Below, one piece after another: positions 37,501 to 51,330 of a stretch of DNA of 64,000 bases. The stretch spans positions 45,074,001 to 45,138,000 of the forward strand of contig NC_091471.1 of assembly GCF_036971445.1 (NCBI RefSeq), in the 5' to 3' direction. The translations under genes were made by a program, and so were the position numbers. The notes below the pieces were generated by a model that made no database searches, had not been told where the DNA came from, and saw nothing but the letters and a program-made list of their open reading frames with translations. This DNA comes from Narcine bancroftii. Its lineage: Eukaryota. The first letter of the stretch is position 1, and every line of letters begins with the position of its first letter.

Positions 37501-38674
37501 ACCAGCCACAGTGGATGGAAAGATGGATGCTTTTGAACAAACTGAGTACACAACTGAGAAAACATCATCTGAGTCACAACTCACATTCAAGGATAATCAA
37601 TCAGGAGATCATCAAGACACGTGAATCCTCCTAAGAGACTTATTGAGCAAATTTAAAGACTCCTGTCATAGAATGAAGTAGTGCTATCTTATTCGCTCTT
37701 CAAGTTTTAGTGTTTGTAAATGTGAACACACAAAACAAGTTTAAAAAATATTAACAATATTGATAATAATGAAAATGTAAGTCTTGATGTTAAAATTAAA
37801 ATTGCAGAGTTATATAAAGAAAACTTAGTTAAAAGTAAACTACTTTTGTTTTGTGAAAGGAAGATGTAATGGTAATGATCATATTTGCATGGCCACTAGC
37901 AAGGTATTTATTATAGTTAATGTTTGATTAGACTTGACTGCCAGCAGGGGCTGACACTCAGAGCAGGACACAAAATATGCAGATCTGTAATGGAGGCTGC
38001 AGCCTCATGGTGCTTTTTATAACAACTTTAAAGTAAATAAATTCTTCCTTCATCCATGTGTTGTCTAAGAACTCACACATACGAATACAAGATGAAACAT
38101 TATCCTCAATCGAAAGTGAAGAGAAGTGCATTTTCCACCTCACTGACAGTGGTGGATAAAGAAATTAAGAAAAATGAAAGCTTTTCTGTTGAAAAAATAC
38201 TGTTTATTCTGTAATAATAAGCATGAGTTGAAAAGGTGTGCACAGATGGAAAAAGGCACACGGTGAGAAAATCACTTTTTTGAAGGAAAATGGAGTATGT
38301 TTTGGCTGTGTGTTTAAAGGACACAGCAGCAAAAACTGCAAAAAAAGACTCAGCTGCGACATATGTAGACAAAGGCATCTCAAAATGCTACATATCTGCA
38401 AGGAAAAGAAGAATACGGAAAAGGAACAAAGGACGAGGAAAGAAGCAGTTGAAAACGGTGCTGAGGCCTTGGTATTGACAAATGGTCTTACTGGGGCCAG
38501 AGAAAATAACTGCAAATATTTGAGAGTATCTATGCAAGTCAAGTCCAAAAATAGAAGAGCAATAATACGTACTTGTCCATTTCTTGACCCAGGAAGCACA
38601 GTGTCATTTTGCGTTGCAGAGCTAATTAAAAGTTCAATCTTCAAGGAAGAAGTACAAAGATTCTATTGAAAACT

Positions 38675-39612
38675 ATATGAAAGATGGGAACAAGATTTAA
38701 ATCTATCAATAGATCAGCAGGTTTGGTAAGATTTATGTAAACAATTTATGTCTACTACAATTAATGTAAGATATAGATTACTTCATTAGAACTGTGCACC
38801 AATTGTATATTACGCGTCAGAAACTGAATAGATGGAAATTGGATAGATCAGATCAATACTTTAGATATGGAAAGGATACTGGAACTTTTATTCATTCTAC
38901 ATGGTCCTGTTCAAAGGTTAAATCTTTTTGGATTTCCATCAGTAAGTTTTTACAATTTGAGTTACGGGTGTTGTTTTTCCGTCAAATGCTGAATTATTGC
39001 TGATGGGAAATTTTGTGCTTATGTAACTCCTAAATTATCTTTATCAGATTTTCAACTGAAATTTGTTAAATTAGTTTTGGTAATAACAAGGAAACGTATT
39101 GCTGTTACCTGGAAATCAGATGTTTCATTAACATTAGGAAGATGGCATACAGAGATTCAAAGTTGTATTCCATTAGAAAAAATTACCAACAATTTGAGGG
39201 GTAAATATGTTGTATATTTACAGATTTGGAGCCCGTATGCTCCAATAATGGCATTAAAATTATAAATATTTCTTTTGAGTCCTCCAGACTGGTGAAGCCT
39301 TTCCTAGAAATGAGTAAGGGTCTTTTATAGGAAAATATATTTTTGGGGATCCTTGAGCATCTTCTGAAGCAATCCAATCTAATACATAATTATGTCATTA
39401 TATATTTTAGGTATTGGGTTTTAGTAGGAATAGTAAGGGTTGGGGGCTGTAGGGATTCTTTGGGTTTTTTAGGTGTTTTTTTAACTTTTTTTCTTTTTCT
39501 CTCTTTCATATATATAAAATTATATATATATATACATATATATCGACATATTTGTAAGCTCTGTAATATTGATTTATGACTTTAGTAATTGTTATAATTG
39601 TGTTATAAAAAG
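38675..39612 (+). mobile_element. L1/Tx1 LINE 3' fragment inserted in BEL pol
   Basis: HQLYITRQKLN, GTFIHSTWSCSKVKSFW and KRIAVTWK...SCIPLEKIT; T-rich UTR and an A-rich tail. Confidence 0.8.
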
Positions 39613-40938
39613 AAAATGATAGGTCAAGTTAAACACATTAAAACCAACATGGTTTATGGCCTAGAGATTCCTGGATTGGATAGTAATGATTTTTGTGAAC
39701 AGCCAGGCAGATATACTCAGGAGAGTATGCCTATGCAAAAAGAAAATATCCCACATCAAAATAACATTAAACCTTGGATGTATTTAAAAATATACGTTTA
39801 CACAATATCCACTCTGAGATTGAGTTGCCAGTTGGTTCAGATGTACCTTTCATTGTGAAAACTATGCTTGGTTGGATGCTTAATTGACCAGAAGGAGAAA
39901 GAAAAGAGGTTCAAAATCAGTTAGCTATGTGTCAACAAGATATCGTTGTTAAGCTTGAAAGGCAACAGTTCAAGAATGACTTTCCTGAGTGCATCAGGGA
40001 CAACCAAGAACCATCAAAGGAAGAACAGCAGTTTTTAAAATCATGGTCAAAATTTGCCAAGCTGGTTAATGATCATTATTACATTGGATTGCCTTTGAAG
40101 AAAATGGAAATATGTATGCCTGATAATAGAAGTGTTATTGAGCAATGTACACTGAATTTGAAGAGAAGATTCAGGAAATATTCTTCCTTTCATTCAGACT
40201 ACACCACATGCACGACTGATATGATCTCCAAAGGATACGTAGAGAAAGTACCAGATAATATTTTGTAATGTAGTGATGGCAAAAATAGTATTTACCACAC
40301 CATGGAGTTTTTCATCCACGGATGGTAAAACTTTGTGTGGTGTTTGATTGTGGAGCAACCTTTCGAGGAGTTTCACTAAATTCTCAACTCTTACAGCATC
40401 CTGATTTGACTGTTATGTTGATAGGAGTCTTAACTAGATTCCATAAAGATCCACTCCAGAAGTTAGAGCAATGTTCCTTCAGATGAAAGTACTGAATGAA
40501 GACTGTGACTTGTAGCAATTTATTTGATGGCCTGATGTAGACATATTGGAGCAACTTCATCACCAATTTGTGTGAATTTTGCCCTTAGGAAATATGCTGA
40601 GGACAATATGGAACAATATAGCCCTCAAGATATAAGCACTAATCAAGAATAACTTCTGCAGCTGCAGTTAAGGAAGTAAAAGTTCTTTATCAAGAGTTAA
40701 AGGCAATCCGTTTCAAAGAGGCTTTCTACTTACCAAATGGACAAGTAATAGTTGCGAGGTATTGACTGCCATACCAGAAAAGGAGAGAAACAAAGAAATT
40801 AAAAATTTGGACTTAGATCAGGTGGAAAGGATAATAGGAGTACAATGGAGTATACAAAGTGATGTTTTTAAGTTCAAAATGATTTTGAAGAACTGACCTC
40901 TCACTAGATGGAAGACTCTACCAACAGTCAGTTTGATA

Positions 40939-43900
40939 TATAGAAACATAGAAGATAGGAGCAGGAGTAGGTCATTCGACCCTTCGAGCCTGCTCCTCCA
41001 TTCAACGAGATCATGGCTGATCTTAAAGTTCAGTACCCCGTCCCCGCCTTCTCTCCGTAACCTTTAATACCCTTATACTGAAGAAATATATCTAATTCCC
41101 TCTTAAATATATTTAATGAACCTGCCTCTACTGCCCTCTGTGGCAATGAATTCCACAGATTCACCACCCTCTGGGTATAGAAATTCCTCCTCATCTCGGT
41201 CCTAAATGGTTTGCCTATTATCCTCAAACCATGGCCCTGGGTTCTGGATTTTCCCATCATTGGAAACATCCCATCTGCATCCATTTTGTCCTGTCCTGCC
41301 AGAATTTTATAGGTCTCTATGAGATCCCCTCTCAATCATCTAAACTCCAGGGAGTACAATCCCAATTTGCGCAATCTTTCCTCATAAGTCATTCCTGCCA
41401 TTCCAGGTATCAGCCTGGTGAATCGCCTCTGCACTCCCTCCATTGCAAGAACATCCTTCCTTAGATAAGGTGACCAAAACTGCACACAATACTCCAGGTG
41501 TGGTCTCACCAAGGCCCTGTACAGCTGCAGTAAGGTATCCTTGTTCCTATACTCAAATCCTCTTGATATGAAGGCCAACATACCATTTGCCTTTTTAACC
41601 GCCTGCTGTACCTGCATGCTCACCTTCAGAGACTGATGTACAAGTACCCCAAGGTCTCTCTGCACTTCCCCATCTCTTAATCTATTGCCATTCAAATAGT
41701 AATCTGCCCTCTGGTTTGTATTACCAAAGTGGATAACCTCACATTTATCCACATTGTAGTGCATTTGCCATGTATCTGCCCAGTCCCTCAATTTATCCAA
41801 ATCACACTGGAGTTCCTGACCCCCACTTCCATGCACACAACCCCTCCTAGCTTAGTGTCATCTGCAAATTTGGAGATATTACATCCAATCCCCTCATCCA
41901 GATCATTAATATAAATTGTGAACAGCTGGTGGCCCAGTACAGATCCCTGTGGCACCCCACTGGTCACCGCCTGCCACTCAGAAAATGAGCCATTTATCCC
42001 AACTCTCTGTCTTCTACCTGCTATCCAGTTCTCAATCCACATCAATACTTTGCCCCCAATCCCATGAGCCTTGATTTTGGAAGCCAGTCGTTTATGCGGG
42101 ACCTTATCGAAGGCCTTTTGGAAGTCCAGGTACACCACATCCACTGGCTCTCCCCCATCTATTTTACCTGTCACCATCTCAAAGAATTCCAATAGATTTG
42201 TCAAGCACGATTTACCTTTTGTAAATCCATGTTGACTCTGTCCGATCCCTTCTCTGCTAGTCATATGCTCCGCTATTACATCCTTAATAATGGATTCCAT
42301 CATTTTGCCCACTACTGATGTAAGGCTCACCGGCCGATAATTCCCTGCTTTTTCTCTACCCCCCTTTTTAAATAGTGGGGTAACATTAGCTACTCTCCAA
42401 TCCATGGGTACTGATCCTGAGTCTATCGAGTTCTGGAAAATAATTCTTAAAGCATCTGCTATCTGAATGGCCACTTCCTTGAGTACCCTAGGTTGTAGAT
42501 TATCAGGCCCTTGGGATTTATCTGCCTTCAATCCCATCAATTTCCCCAAGACCATGTCCTTAGAGATACTGATTTCTTTCAGTTCCTCCCTTGCATTAAT
42601 CTCTATGTTTCCCAACATCTTTGGGAGGTTATTTGTATCCTCTCTTGTAAAAACAGAACTAAAGTAAGAATTTAATTGGTCTGCCATTTCCTTATTCCCC
42701 ATTATATATTCCCCTGATTCTGACTGCAAAGGACCTAATCTGGATTTCACCAATCTTTTCCTCCTGACATATTTATAAAAGCTTTTGCAGTCGGTTTTTA
42801 TATTTGCCGCAAGCTTACTTTCGTAATTTATTTTTGCTCTCTTGATTAATCCATTGGCCTCCTTTGCTGCATCTTGAACTGCTCCCAGTCTTCGGTTGCG
42901 GTACTTTTTTTGGCCAATTGATATGCTCTCTCTTTGGACTCAATGCTGTCTCTAATTTCCCTTGTTTTCCACGGTTGAGTCACCTTTTTTGGTTTATTTT
43001 TATGCTAAACCAGTATAAACGATTTTTGCAATTTCTCCATTAGATCTGTGAATGCTTTCCATTGTCTATCCACAGTCAACTCCCCCATAAACACCACCCA
43101 ATCAATCTTACTCAACTCCCGTCTCATACCATCATAATTCCCTTTATTTAAATTCAGGACCTTAGTCTCGATTTTAATTTCATCACTCTCCATGTCGAGT
43201 GAGAATTCGATCATATTGTGATCGCTCCTACCCAAAGGGCCTCGCACAACAAGATTGCTGATTAGCCCCTTATCATTGCATAATCTAAAATGGCCTGCTC
43301 TCGAGTTGGTTCCTCGACATATTGGTCTAGATAACCGTCCCGTAAACATTCAAGGAATTCCTCCTCCTCTGTATTTTTATCAATTTGACAAGTCCAATCT
43401 ATATGCAAATTAAAGTCTCCCATGATGACAGCTGTTCCCTTATTGCACGCTTTTCTAATTTCTCTTTTAATGCCTTCCCTCACCTCTACACTACTATTTG
43501 GAGGCCTATATACCACCCTCACTAGCGTTTTCCGCCCCTTGCTATTCCTCAGTTCTACCCATATAGATTCTGCATCTTCTGAGTTAATATCCTTTCTGTC
43601 AATCGTGTCGGTCCCTTCTCTCACCATCAATACTACTCCACCCCCTTTTCTTTCTTGCCAATCCCTCCTAAATATCGTATACCCCGGGATGTTAAGTTCC
43701 CAGGCTTGCCCACCCTGCAGCCATGTTTCTGTAATCCCAATCAAATCGTATTTGTTTATCTCAATTTCCACAGCTAATTCATCTACCTTGTTCCGAATGC
43801 TTCTTGCATTAAGATATAAAGCCTTCAGATTTGCTTTTTTCACCCTCCTTGCTCTTTCTGATTTTTTACTTTCGCTGCCTAACCTAACTTTTCCTGTTTT

Positions 43901-44635
43901 ATCTTTTCCGTCCTTTGCCCTATCATACAGGTTCCCACCCCCCTGCCAAATTAGTTTAAACCGCACCCGATGGCTGTACCAAACCTAGCTGCCAATATAT
44001 TGACCCCTTTTGGGTTTAGGTGTAACCCATCCTTCTTGTAGAGGTCATGCCTTCCCCAAAAGAGATCCCAATGATCCAAGAAGCCAAAAACCTGTCCTTT
44101 ACACCAGCCCCTCAGCCACACATTCATTTTTCTTAACCTTCCATTTTTGTCCTCAGTTGCACTTGGCACAGATAGCAAACCAGAGATCACCACCCTGGCT
44201 GTCCTATTTCTTAGTTTCTGTCCTAGCTCTCTGTAATCCTTTTTCAGTACTTCCTCCTTTTTATCTATGTCACTGGTACCCACATGTACCAAGACATCAG
44301 GCTGTTCGCCTTCCCCTTTTAGATTTGAGATATCTTGCACCCTTGCACCAGGGAGGCAGCACACCATGTGGGCATACCTATCTGGCTCACAGAATCTTCT
44401 GTCTGTATTTCTGATAATGGAGTCCCCAATGACCACTGCATTCCTCTTTACCTTTTGGTCCACCATGCCAGGCTCAGTGCCAGCGACCTGGTCACTGCTG
44501 CCAACTTCTGTCAGGTCATCTCCCTCAACAGCATCCAACAAAATATACCTGTTACTGAGAGGGATATTCACAGGTGTGCTCTCCATTTTCCTGGTATTTT
44601 TCTTCCCACCCCTGACAGTTACCCACTTACCTGAC
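40939..44635 (-). mobile_element. Long CR1 LINE with SGNH-esterase ORF1 remnant and APE-RT ORF2 (frameshifted), inserted in BEL pol
   Basis: ORF1 VIGDS, CCLPGA, VHVGT, DGLHLN; APE YLNARS, ITETW, MGDFN, SDH; RT in ORFs 41788-42753, 41336-41836 and 41030-41335; CR1 tail. BEL resumes at DPLG. Confidence 0.93.
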
Positions 44636-47600
44636 ACATCTGATCCTCTAGGAATACTGGCACCAGTTGTCCTGATTGCCAAGAAGATCCTGCAAGTTTT
44701 GTGTATAAAGAAATTGGTTGGGATGATGAAATACCAGAAACCATTAAAAATAAAAAAATTGACATGTTGGATGCGTGATCTTTGGAAGCTCAAAGACCTC
44801 AAGATTGACAATGCTTCAAACCTACAAATTTCGGAACTGTAATATCTGCCCAATTGTGTCATTTTGTAGATGCATGTGAAGACAGTTATGTAACTGTTAG
44901 TTATATATTACTGCATGATAACAAAGATCAGGTATATTGTGGATCTGTAATGGGAAAGCCTTTGAAACCAGTCACTATTCCACAAATGGAGTTGACAGCT
45001 GATACCATAGGGTGGACACAATGTTGAAGGAAGAGTTGCAAATGAAACTAACGGACTCCATACTTAATACTGATAGCACCTCTGTGCTCAAATACATTAA
45101 CAATAAAGCCACAAGGTTTCAAACTTTTGTGGCTAACAGAATCATGGAAATCGATAGTCTCATGTCCAATTCAGTGGAGTTACGTTAACAATCCCTGCTG
45201 ATTTGGCTTCTTGAGGTTTGAAAGTCAAGACTTTACTGAAAGATGAAATGTGGGTGTCAGGGCTTCAGCTTCTTCTACAGCCTCAAAGTGAGCGGCCCCA
45301 AAATCCTGATAAATTAAAATAAATTTTACTAGGAGACTCTGAAATCAAAAGAGAAGACCCCCTACAATCAATCTAAAATCAGGTGTAAAACTACAAATGC
45401 TGTTCAGATAATATCAAGACAAAAGGATTTAGTTACTTGCTTAATCCATGAGTTTTCTTCCTGGAATATTTGAGAAAGGTAACAGCATAGTTGCTCAGTT
45501 TTAAAAGATGGATCTGAATCAAAACAAATGAACAAACAATGTTCCAGAAGCACAAGAAAGAGGATGTCGCACAGTTAAAGGATTAGTTGATGCTGAGATG
45601 GAAATAATCTGTTCTTGCCAAATGAAAAGTTTTGCTGATGCAATTTCAACTCTGAAAAAAGGAATGGCTGTCAAAAGGACAAGTCACATTGATAAACTCA
45701 ATCCTATTCTCACGAATGATGTTTTAAGAGTTGGTGGCCTCCTTAGTAGGGTAGCTATGGCAGAAGAGATTAAACATCCTACCATACTGGTCAAAGATTT
45801 TCATATTTCAGACCTAATTCTTCAACATATTCACAAAGAGATAAGTAATGATAGTTGTAACCAATATGTTATCCTGACTACAATAAATAATATTTGACTT
45901 GTGGTGCCACTAGATGAAGCAGAAAGATTATAACAAAATGTGTTGTTTGATGGCATGTGAATACTCCTTCTGGACAACAACTGATGGCAGATTTGCCTCT
46001 GGACAGAGTCACTCCAAATGAACCCGCTATTCCCATAGGTTGGAGTCGATTATTTTGGTCCCTTTGAAGTGAAACGAGCAAGAAGTGCTGTGAACCGCTA
46101 TGGTCTCATTTTCACATGTTTAGCCATAAGAGCAAATCACATTGAAGTGATATCATCCTCGATACAGACTCTTTCATCAACACTCTTCAGCACTTTATTG
46201 CCAGACATGGGCAAGATCTGACAATGGTACTAATTTTGTGAGAACTGAATGCGAATTGAAAGATGCAATTGCAAATTGGAATCAAACTCAAATTCATAAT
46301 GAATTAATTCAAAAAGAAATTACTAAATCCTCAATCCCCCTACTGGATCACACCATGGAGGTATAGGTGAAAGATTGATTAGATCAATACAAAAAAATTC
46401 TTAATTCAATCTTGGATGGACAACATCTTAATGATGAGGGTCTTCAGACAGATCTATGCGAAGTTGAAGGAAATCTCAACAGTTGTCCAATCAATAAGAC
46501 TTCAACAGATCCAAATGTGCTTGAAGCACTTAGCCTGAACCATCTTTTGTTTCTTAAAATTAAACCTTCATTTCCACAAAAACTGTTTCAGGTGGAAGCA
46601 GGTACAATTTATAACTGATTTGTTTTGGAAAAGATGGGTGAAAGATTATCTTTCACTATTGCAAGAATGAGTGGTTTAAAATCAAGTGCTATTTCATGGC
46701 TGGAGATGTTGCGACGATATCGACGATTCAGCACCTTGGAATTCCTAGTTAATGGATTGTTGATACCAGCTAGGAAAAAAAAGGACTTGTACATCAAGTT
46801 TGGATTAAGACTAAAACTGGTTTTCAAAACAGACCAATTATCAAAATCTTTCTTTTACAAGAAGCAGAAAGCTTTAATGATCGATTTTCACTTTCTTTTG
46901 AATATTTACCCGATGTATTACCACGCTGATTTTTTTCTTTGTTGTGGTCATTATTATTTTTAGATATAATAATTAGGGGCCAGTATTGTAAGAGTTAAAA
47001 TGACTTACAAACACATACTCACAAGAAACTAGCAGCTAGTATATTGTTTATGAATTGTTTGAGTGTCTCTATAGTAACAGCCTGAGCCAAGGTCTTTTTT
47101 CTGTGTATAATATAACAAAGCTTTAGCTTGAATTTTGTTTCTGTGCAGTATAGATCCTGGGCAGTCTCGGCTATCCAGATAATTTCTTTGACTGTGTAAT
47201 TTTGAAAGTATTATGGTATTAATACTTTATTGTCTGTTTATTAATTGTTTTAAGTATATTTTACTGTTTCAAGAGTCCAAATAAACAATGAAAAACTCAA
47301 TGCTACTTTGAAATGGACATTTCATTAACGAGTCAAAACAATGGCACAGTCTGCACGTTGCTCAATGATAAAGGGAAATAGTTGCAATAATCAATGAGAT
47401 GGCATCTGCCATGCCTGTTGCTGCAGTAGGCACATTGGAATGGATCCATGTCACTGCTCAGACAGGAACAGATAGGCTTCAACACCAGCCTCTCAAAACA
47501 CCTCATCACTGTGGATGTTTAGTGCCACTGGTCACTGCACAGTTTGGTCCACTGTTCATCGTTGTAGGTGATATGCCATGTCATTCTTGAATATTATTCC

Positions 47601-48469
47601 ACCTGCAAATTTGCTTTTACAGTAAAGCCTTGCACAATTACAATTTGAAGATGAAATCTTGGCTAGTTTTACCTCTCATTAATCAAGATAAGAGAAAGTC
47701 ATGGATGCTCAAATCTTATCAAAACTGCAATTAATTAATTTCAAGCAAAATAAAATGGAACCTTTTGACTTGTGTGCAATAACACCACATCGTTTTGTAC
47801 ATTCATTTATCATGCATTTAATCGGACAATTTTTTTTTAAACTGGATGGACTAGCCTGAAAAAATTGCAAGTGTTAAACAGACACAAAAAAAATCTAAAT
47901 AGCAGCATGGTAAAATCTTCAATAATGCCAATATTTTCATGTAATCAAGCATCTGCACATTACTGAGAAAGCAGATAATAATATTGTTATAAATTGGAGA
48001 ACAGCAAAAGGGTCATTAATTATAAGATTGGTAGTGTTTGCTGTGACATCGGAATACTGAAAATTCTGTGATGATTTCAAACGATGACCCCCAACTACAT
48101 TTTATTGAGATATAATTTGTTAATGAATTTGAAGACAACCATAGAGAAGAATTTATTTTTAGCTTGTAAATCTTCTTTGGTAATTACAAAATAGTGATAT
48201 TTACAGATATTTATACCAGATATTTAATTTTCAATGTTTCACACACTAGTACAGATGTTGCAGAAATAATTAAGCACACTGACTTGCATAAATCTTGGAG
48301 AGATTCTCATTTAAGCAATTAGGTTTTAATGTTAATTTATCCAATAAGTGAATACAATAACATACTGCTAAATATGACATGTTCAGCTTTTGGGGATCCA
48401 AAGTATTCCATAATTTTCAGATATTTAAATGATATAAATACTTTGCTCACAATAATCAATGAAATGGTG

Positions 48470-49720
48470 GAAACAACCCAACTTTATTGCAGAGGTGTTT
48501 CAGATGATAAGATAAATAAATGGGTGTTTCTCTGGTTAGCTTTCATTGGTGAGCAGAGTGCTACAGGAGTCAGTGAATTAAATGACTTGAAAAAGGGGAC
48601 TGAGTAACATAAGTTTGAAAATTATGTTAAATTGAGTGGAAAAGCAAATTGTCCAGAGCATGTGGAAAGTCAACGGAGAGTTATAGATATGTGAAGGCAA
48701 TGGACAAGGGCCTGGCAGATGGAGTACAAAGTTGGTAAATGTGAGGTCATCCATTTTGGAAGGAAAAATAGAAGTTCAGGTTATTAGTTAAATGGTAAAA
48801 TATTCTAACACGCCGTTCTGCAGAGTGACTTGGGAGTGCTTGTGCAAGAATAACAAAATAAATAGGAGATAGGAGCAGGAGTAGGACATCGGCACATGCA
48901 GCAGGGAATCAAGAGGGCAAATGGATCTTTGGCTTTCAATGCTGGAGGGTTTTAGCCAACGAGGAGAGATGAAGGCACTTGCGACTAGCTGAAATTCACA
49001 GGAATGGGGGGGAGGGGGGGGGATATTTTAGAAACATATAAAATTGTTAAATGGATAAATAGGATAGAGTCAGGAAATTTGTTTCTTCTGGTATGCAAGA
49101 TGAGAACTGGGGGAGAAAGCCTCAAGATTCCAGAGAGTAGATTTAGGATGGTGATGAGTCTTTTCCCAGAGACTAGTGAATCTGTGAAATTCACCCCCCA
49201 AGGATGCAGTAGAAGCTACCTCATTAAATATATTTAAAACAGAGTTTTAAAAAAATCAAGTTGCATAATTAAAGGCTCTGGGGAAAGGTAGGGAGGTGGA
49301 GCTGAGTCCACGGCCTGATCTTATTGAATGGTGGATTCTTATGAATTGAGAATATGAGGATGATTGAGAGGCAGCTCAGACCAGCTGATTTTACTTTTAT
49401 TTCATGATCAATACCAGTAAAGGCTATAATATTTTTAAAGTTGTCGGACCTACTTGGAGGGTGCTGTAACTTCAAGTTCTGAAGAAGATATTTCCACCCA
49501 TTTTGTTGGAATCTGGAACAAACTGTCTAAAGGTGTGGTGGCACCAGCTACCCTCACATTTAAGAAGGATCTCGATGGCCACTTGAATTGCTAAAGTATA
49601 GAGGATTAAGCATTAAATGTTGGAAGTGGGATTATTGCTTGGGGATTCTTTATGGTTGGCCTGGATATGATTCGCCAAATAGCCTGTTTCAGTGCTGTAT
49701 GACTCCATGATTCTATAACG
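48470..49720 (+). mobile_element. Degraded CR1 fragments
   Basis: WQMEYKVGKCEVIHFG and GDILETYKI motifs, plus CR1 3' ends. Confidence 0.7.
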
Positions 49721-49924
49721 ATTACATAAATAATTAAATCTCATCATCTTATTTCTACATCAAAACTAATTCAGACAAAGGGAAGAAAGTTGTGCTTTTT
49801 ATGTTCCAGGTTAAACAAAATATAATGAGCAATAGATCATTTTAACTAAGGTCAGTAAAATCATCTATAAAAATTCTATCCTCCTAAATTCCCCCTTACC
49901 TTGAATGGCTCATAATATATTGAT

Positions 49925-51200
49925 CTTAGAACATAGGACATTATAGCACTGTACAGGTCTTTCAATACATGATGTTGGACTAACTTTAATGGTTCTATTC
50001 CACAACAACGTAACCCTTCCCTATTTTTGTAGTGTGGATTGTGGAGGGTCATGTGATCTCTCAATCTGGAACAGTTGAAAGTCACATATCCTGCCAACCA
50101 ATGTTGGACTCTGCCCAACCATTAATGCACATCTGACCACTGTCCCCTTTAATCACCTAGTGATTACCTGGGCTGGACCCTTCGGCTCTCTGTACTATGA
50201 AGTCTACCATGTGGAAAAGCTCTTTCTCTTTTCTCTTCAGTCCTGAGACAAACACTGCTCTATTCCAGGTCGCAAACTGTGGACAACGCTGGAGGAGTCA
50301 CTAGTAAGGTGTGCATTACACAGAGATTGGGGCAGTTGATGGGATTGGGGCCACATCAAAGTTAGACAAGGAATGACAGGTATCATATTGTAATCCTTGA
50401 TTATTATAAGTCTGTACACTGTTGCTAGTATCGGTAGTTTTAAGTCCAATGTGAGTGGATTGTACAGTGCTTGTATGAATGTAAGCAGTTTCTTGTATCG
50501 GTAGTGTTAATTCTGATGTGACTAATTACACAGTCTGAGTGTAGCAGTTGCTAGTATTGGTAGTGTTAAGTCTAATATGATTGATTATACTGTGTTTTGT
50601 GATTGAGAGTACTAGTTTGTGTTATCCCTGTTGCAATCCCCTTACATTTTTTTTAATAAAGATCCTTCCTGTGTCCATCCTGTGCTCAGAATTGTTGTTC
50701 TTTGAACTCTCTGAACTTTTACCTTCTCACACAATGTTACACCCATAACCCTCTATTTTTCTTACATCCATATGCCTATCTAAAAATCTTTTAAATGTCC
50801 TTATAATACTACCCTCCACCACCACCATCACACCTGGCAATGTACTCCAGTCACCCACCATTTTCTATATAAAAATATGTTCCTCTGCCATTTCCCTTAA
50901 GCTTTTTTCCATTAACTTAAACAGAGAACCTCATATATTGGCCATTACTTTCCTGGGAAAATAGTGTTGGATGCTTCTCATAATCTTACATACTTCTATT
51001 AAGTTGTCTCCCATTCTCCAATATTCTAAGGAGAAAAGCCTTGGTCCAGCCAACCTTTCTTCAGAAGGCCTTTTCTCCAATCCAGGCAACATCCTGGGAA
51101 ATCTCCTCTGCACTCTCTCTAAAGCTGCCATGTCCTTCCAATCCTGAGGTGATCAGAACTGAACAGAATACTCCAAGTGTGGTCTAACCAGAGTTTTAAA
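49925..51200 (-). mobile_element. CR1 3' fragment interrupted by a probable solo LTR
   Basis: ORF 50931-51131 ALERVQRRF.RMLPGL; CR1 tail at 49928-49975. Confidence 0.75.
50028..50741 (+). mobile_element. Probable solo LTR with internal ~60-70 bp tandem repeats
   Basis: TGTA...TACA termini, AATAAA at ~50655, and a repeat unit gttgctagtatcggtagt.ttaagtc seen about 3 times at 50420-50590. No clear TSD. Confidence 0.5.
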
Positions 51201-51214
51201 GATCATCCAACTAA

Positions 51215-51330
51215 TGAAGATGAGCACAACATACTTTCCTGACAAAGGGCTCAGGCTTGAATATTTTACTGCCTTTTACTTCCTAAGGATGCTGTGTTAC
51301 CTGCTGAGCATCTCCAGCACTTTTGTGTAC
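51215..51330 (+). repeat. Penelope-derived short repeat
   Basis: cctgacaaagggctcaggcttgaa followed by gatgctg...acctgctgagcatctccagc. Confidence 0.6.

Larger units (their letters stand above)
32013..38099 (+). mobile_element. Gypsy LTR retrotransposon nested in BEL gag; full-length layout but frameshifted
   Basis: LTRs 32013-32261 and 37865-38099 (TG...CA). PBS TGGTGTCAGAAGT (tRNA-Leu); PPT GTGAAAGGAAGA. Gag GNVAENW, CPAYGKTC; RT LDASSGFWQ; RNaseH AYASRSMT; integrase SSPHFPQFNG. The TSD is degenerate (ATACC/TTATC). Confidence 0.9.
29636..47389 (+). mobile_element. BEL/Pao LTR retrotransposon, degraded, with nested insertions
   Basis: LTRs at 29636-30014 (5' tip lost) and 46987-47389; PPT-like TAATTAGGGGCCAGTA. 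Gag FHGDPL..F, LEKHFGD; Zn knuckles CFGC..GH...C and CDIC...H...LH (ORF 38238-38669); protease DPGS; DPLG, HF.DA and integrase GVDYFGP/HHGG motifs. Confidence 0.88.
28090..47535 (-). mobile_element. Rex1/Babar LINE split into 28090-28785, 29290-29635 and 47390-47535 by Penelope-derived and BEL insertions
   Basis: Rex1 motifs on the minus strand: 3'UTR at 28100, TKELIVDFRR at ~29370 and VMRCFERLVLK..MDPFQ at ~47450-47530. Confidence 0.75.

Noticed and set aside
43951-44862. 303-aa ORF as a novel hydrophobic-leader esterase gene
   Set aside because: The N-terminal ~75 aa are antisense BEL pol read through the CR1 insertion junction, and the ORF starts at a non-informative position.
50420-50590. 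Spaced repeats resembling a CRISPR array
   Set aside because: Eukaryotic context, the spacers are similar to each other and there are no cas genes; it is a diverged tandem repeat.
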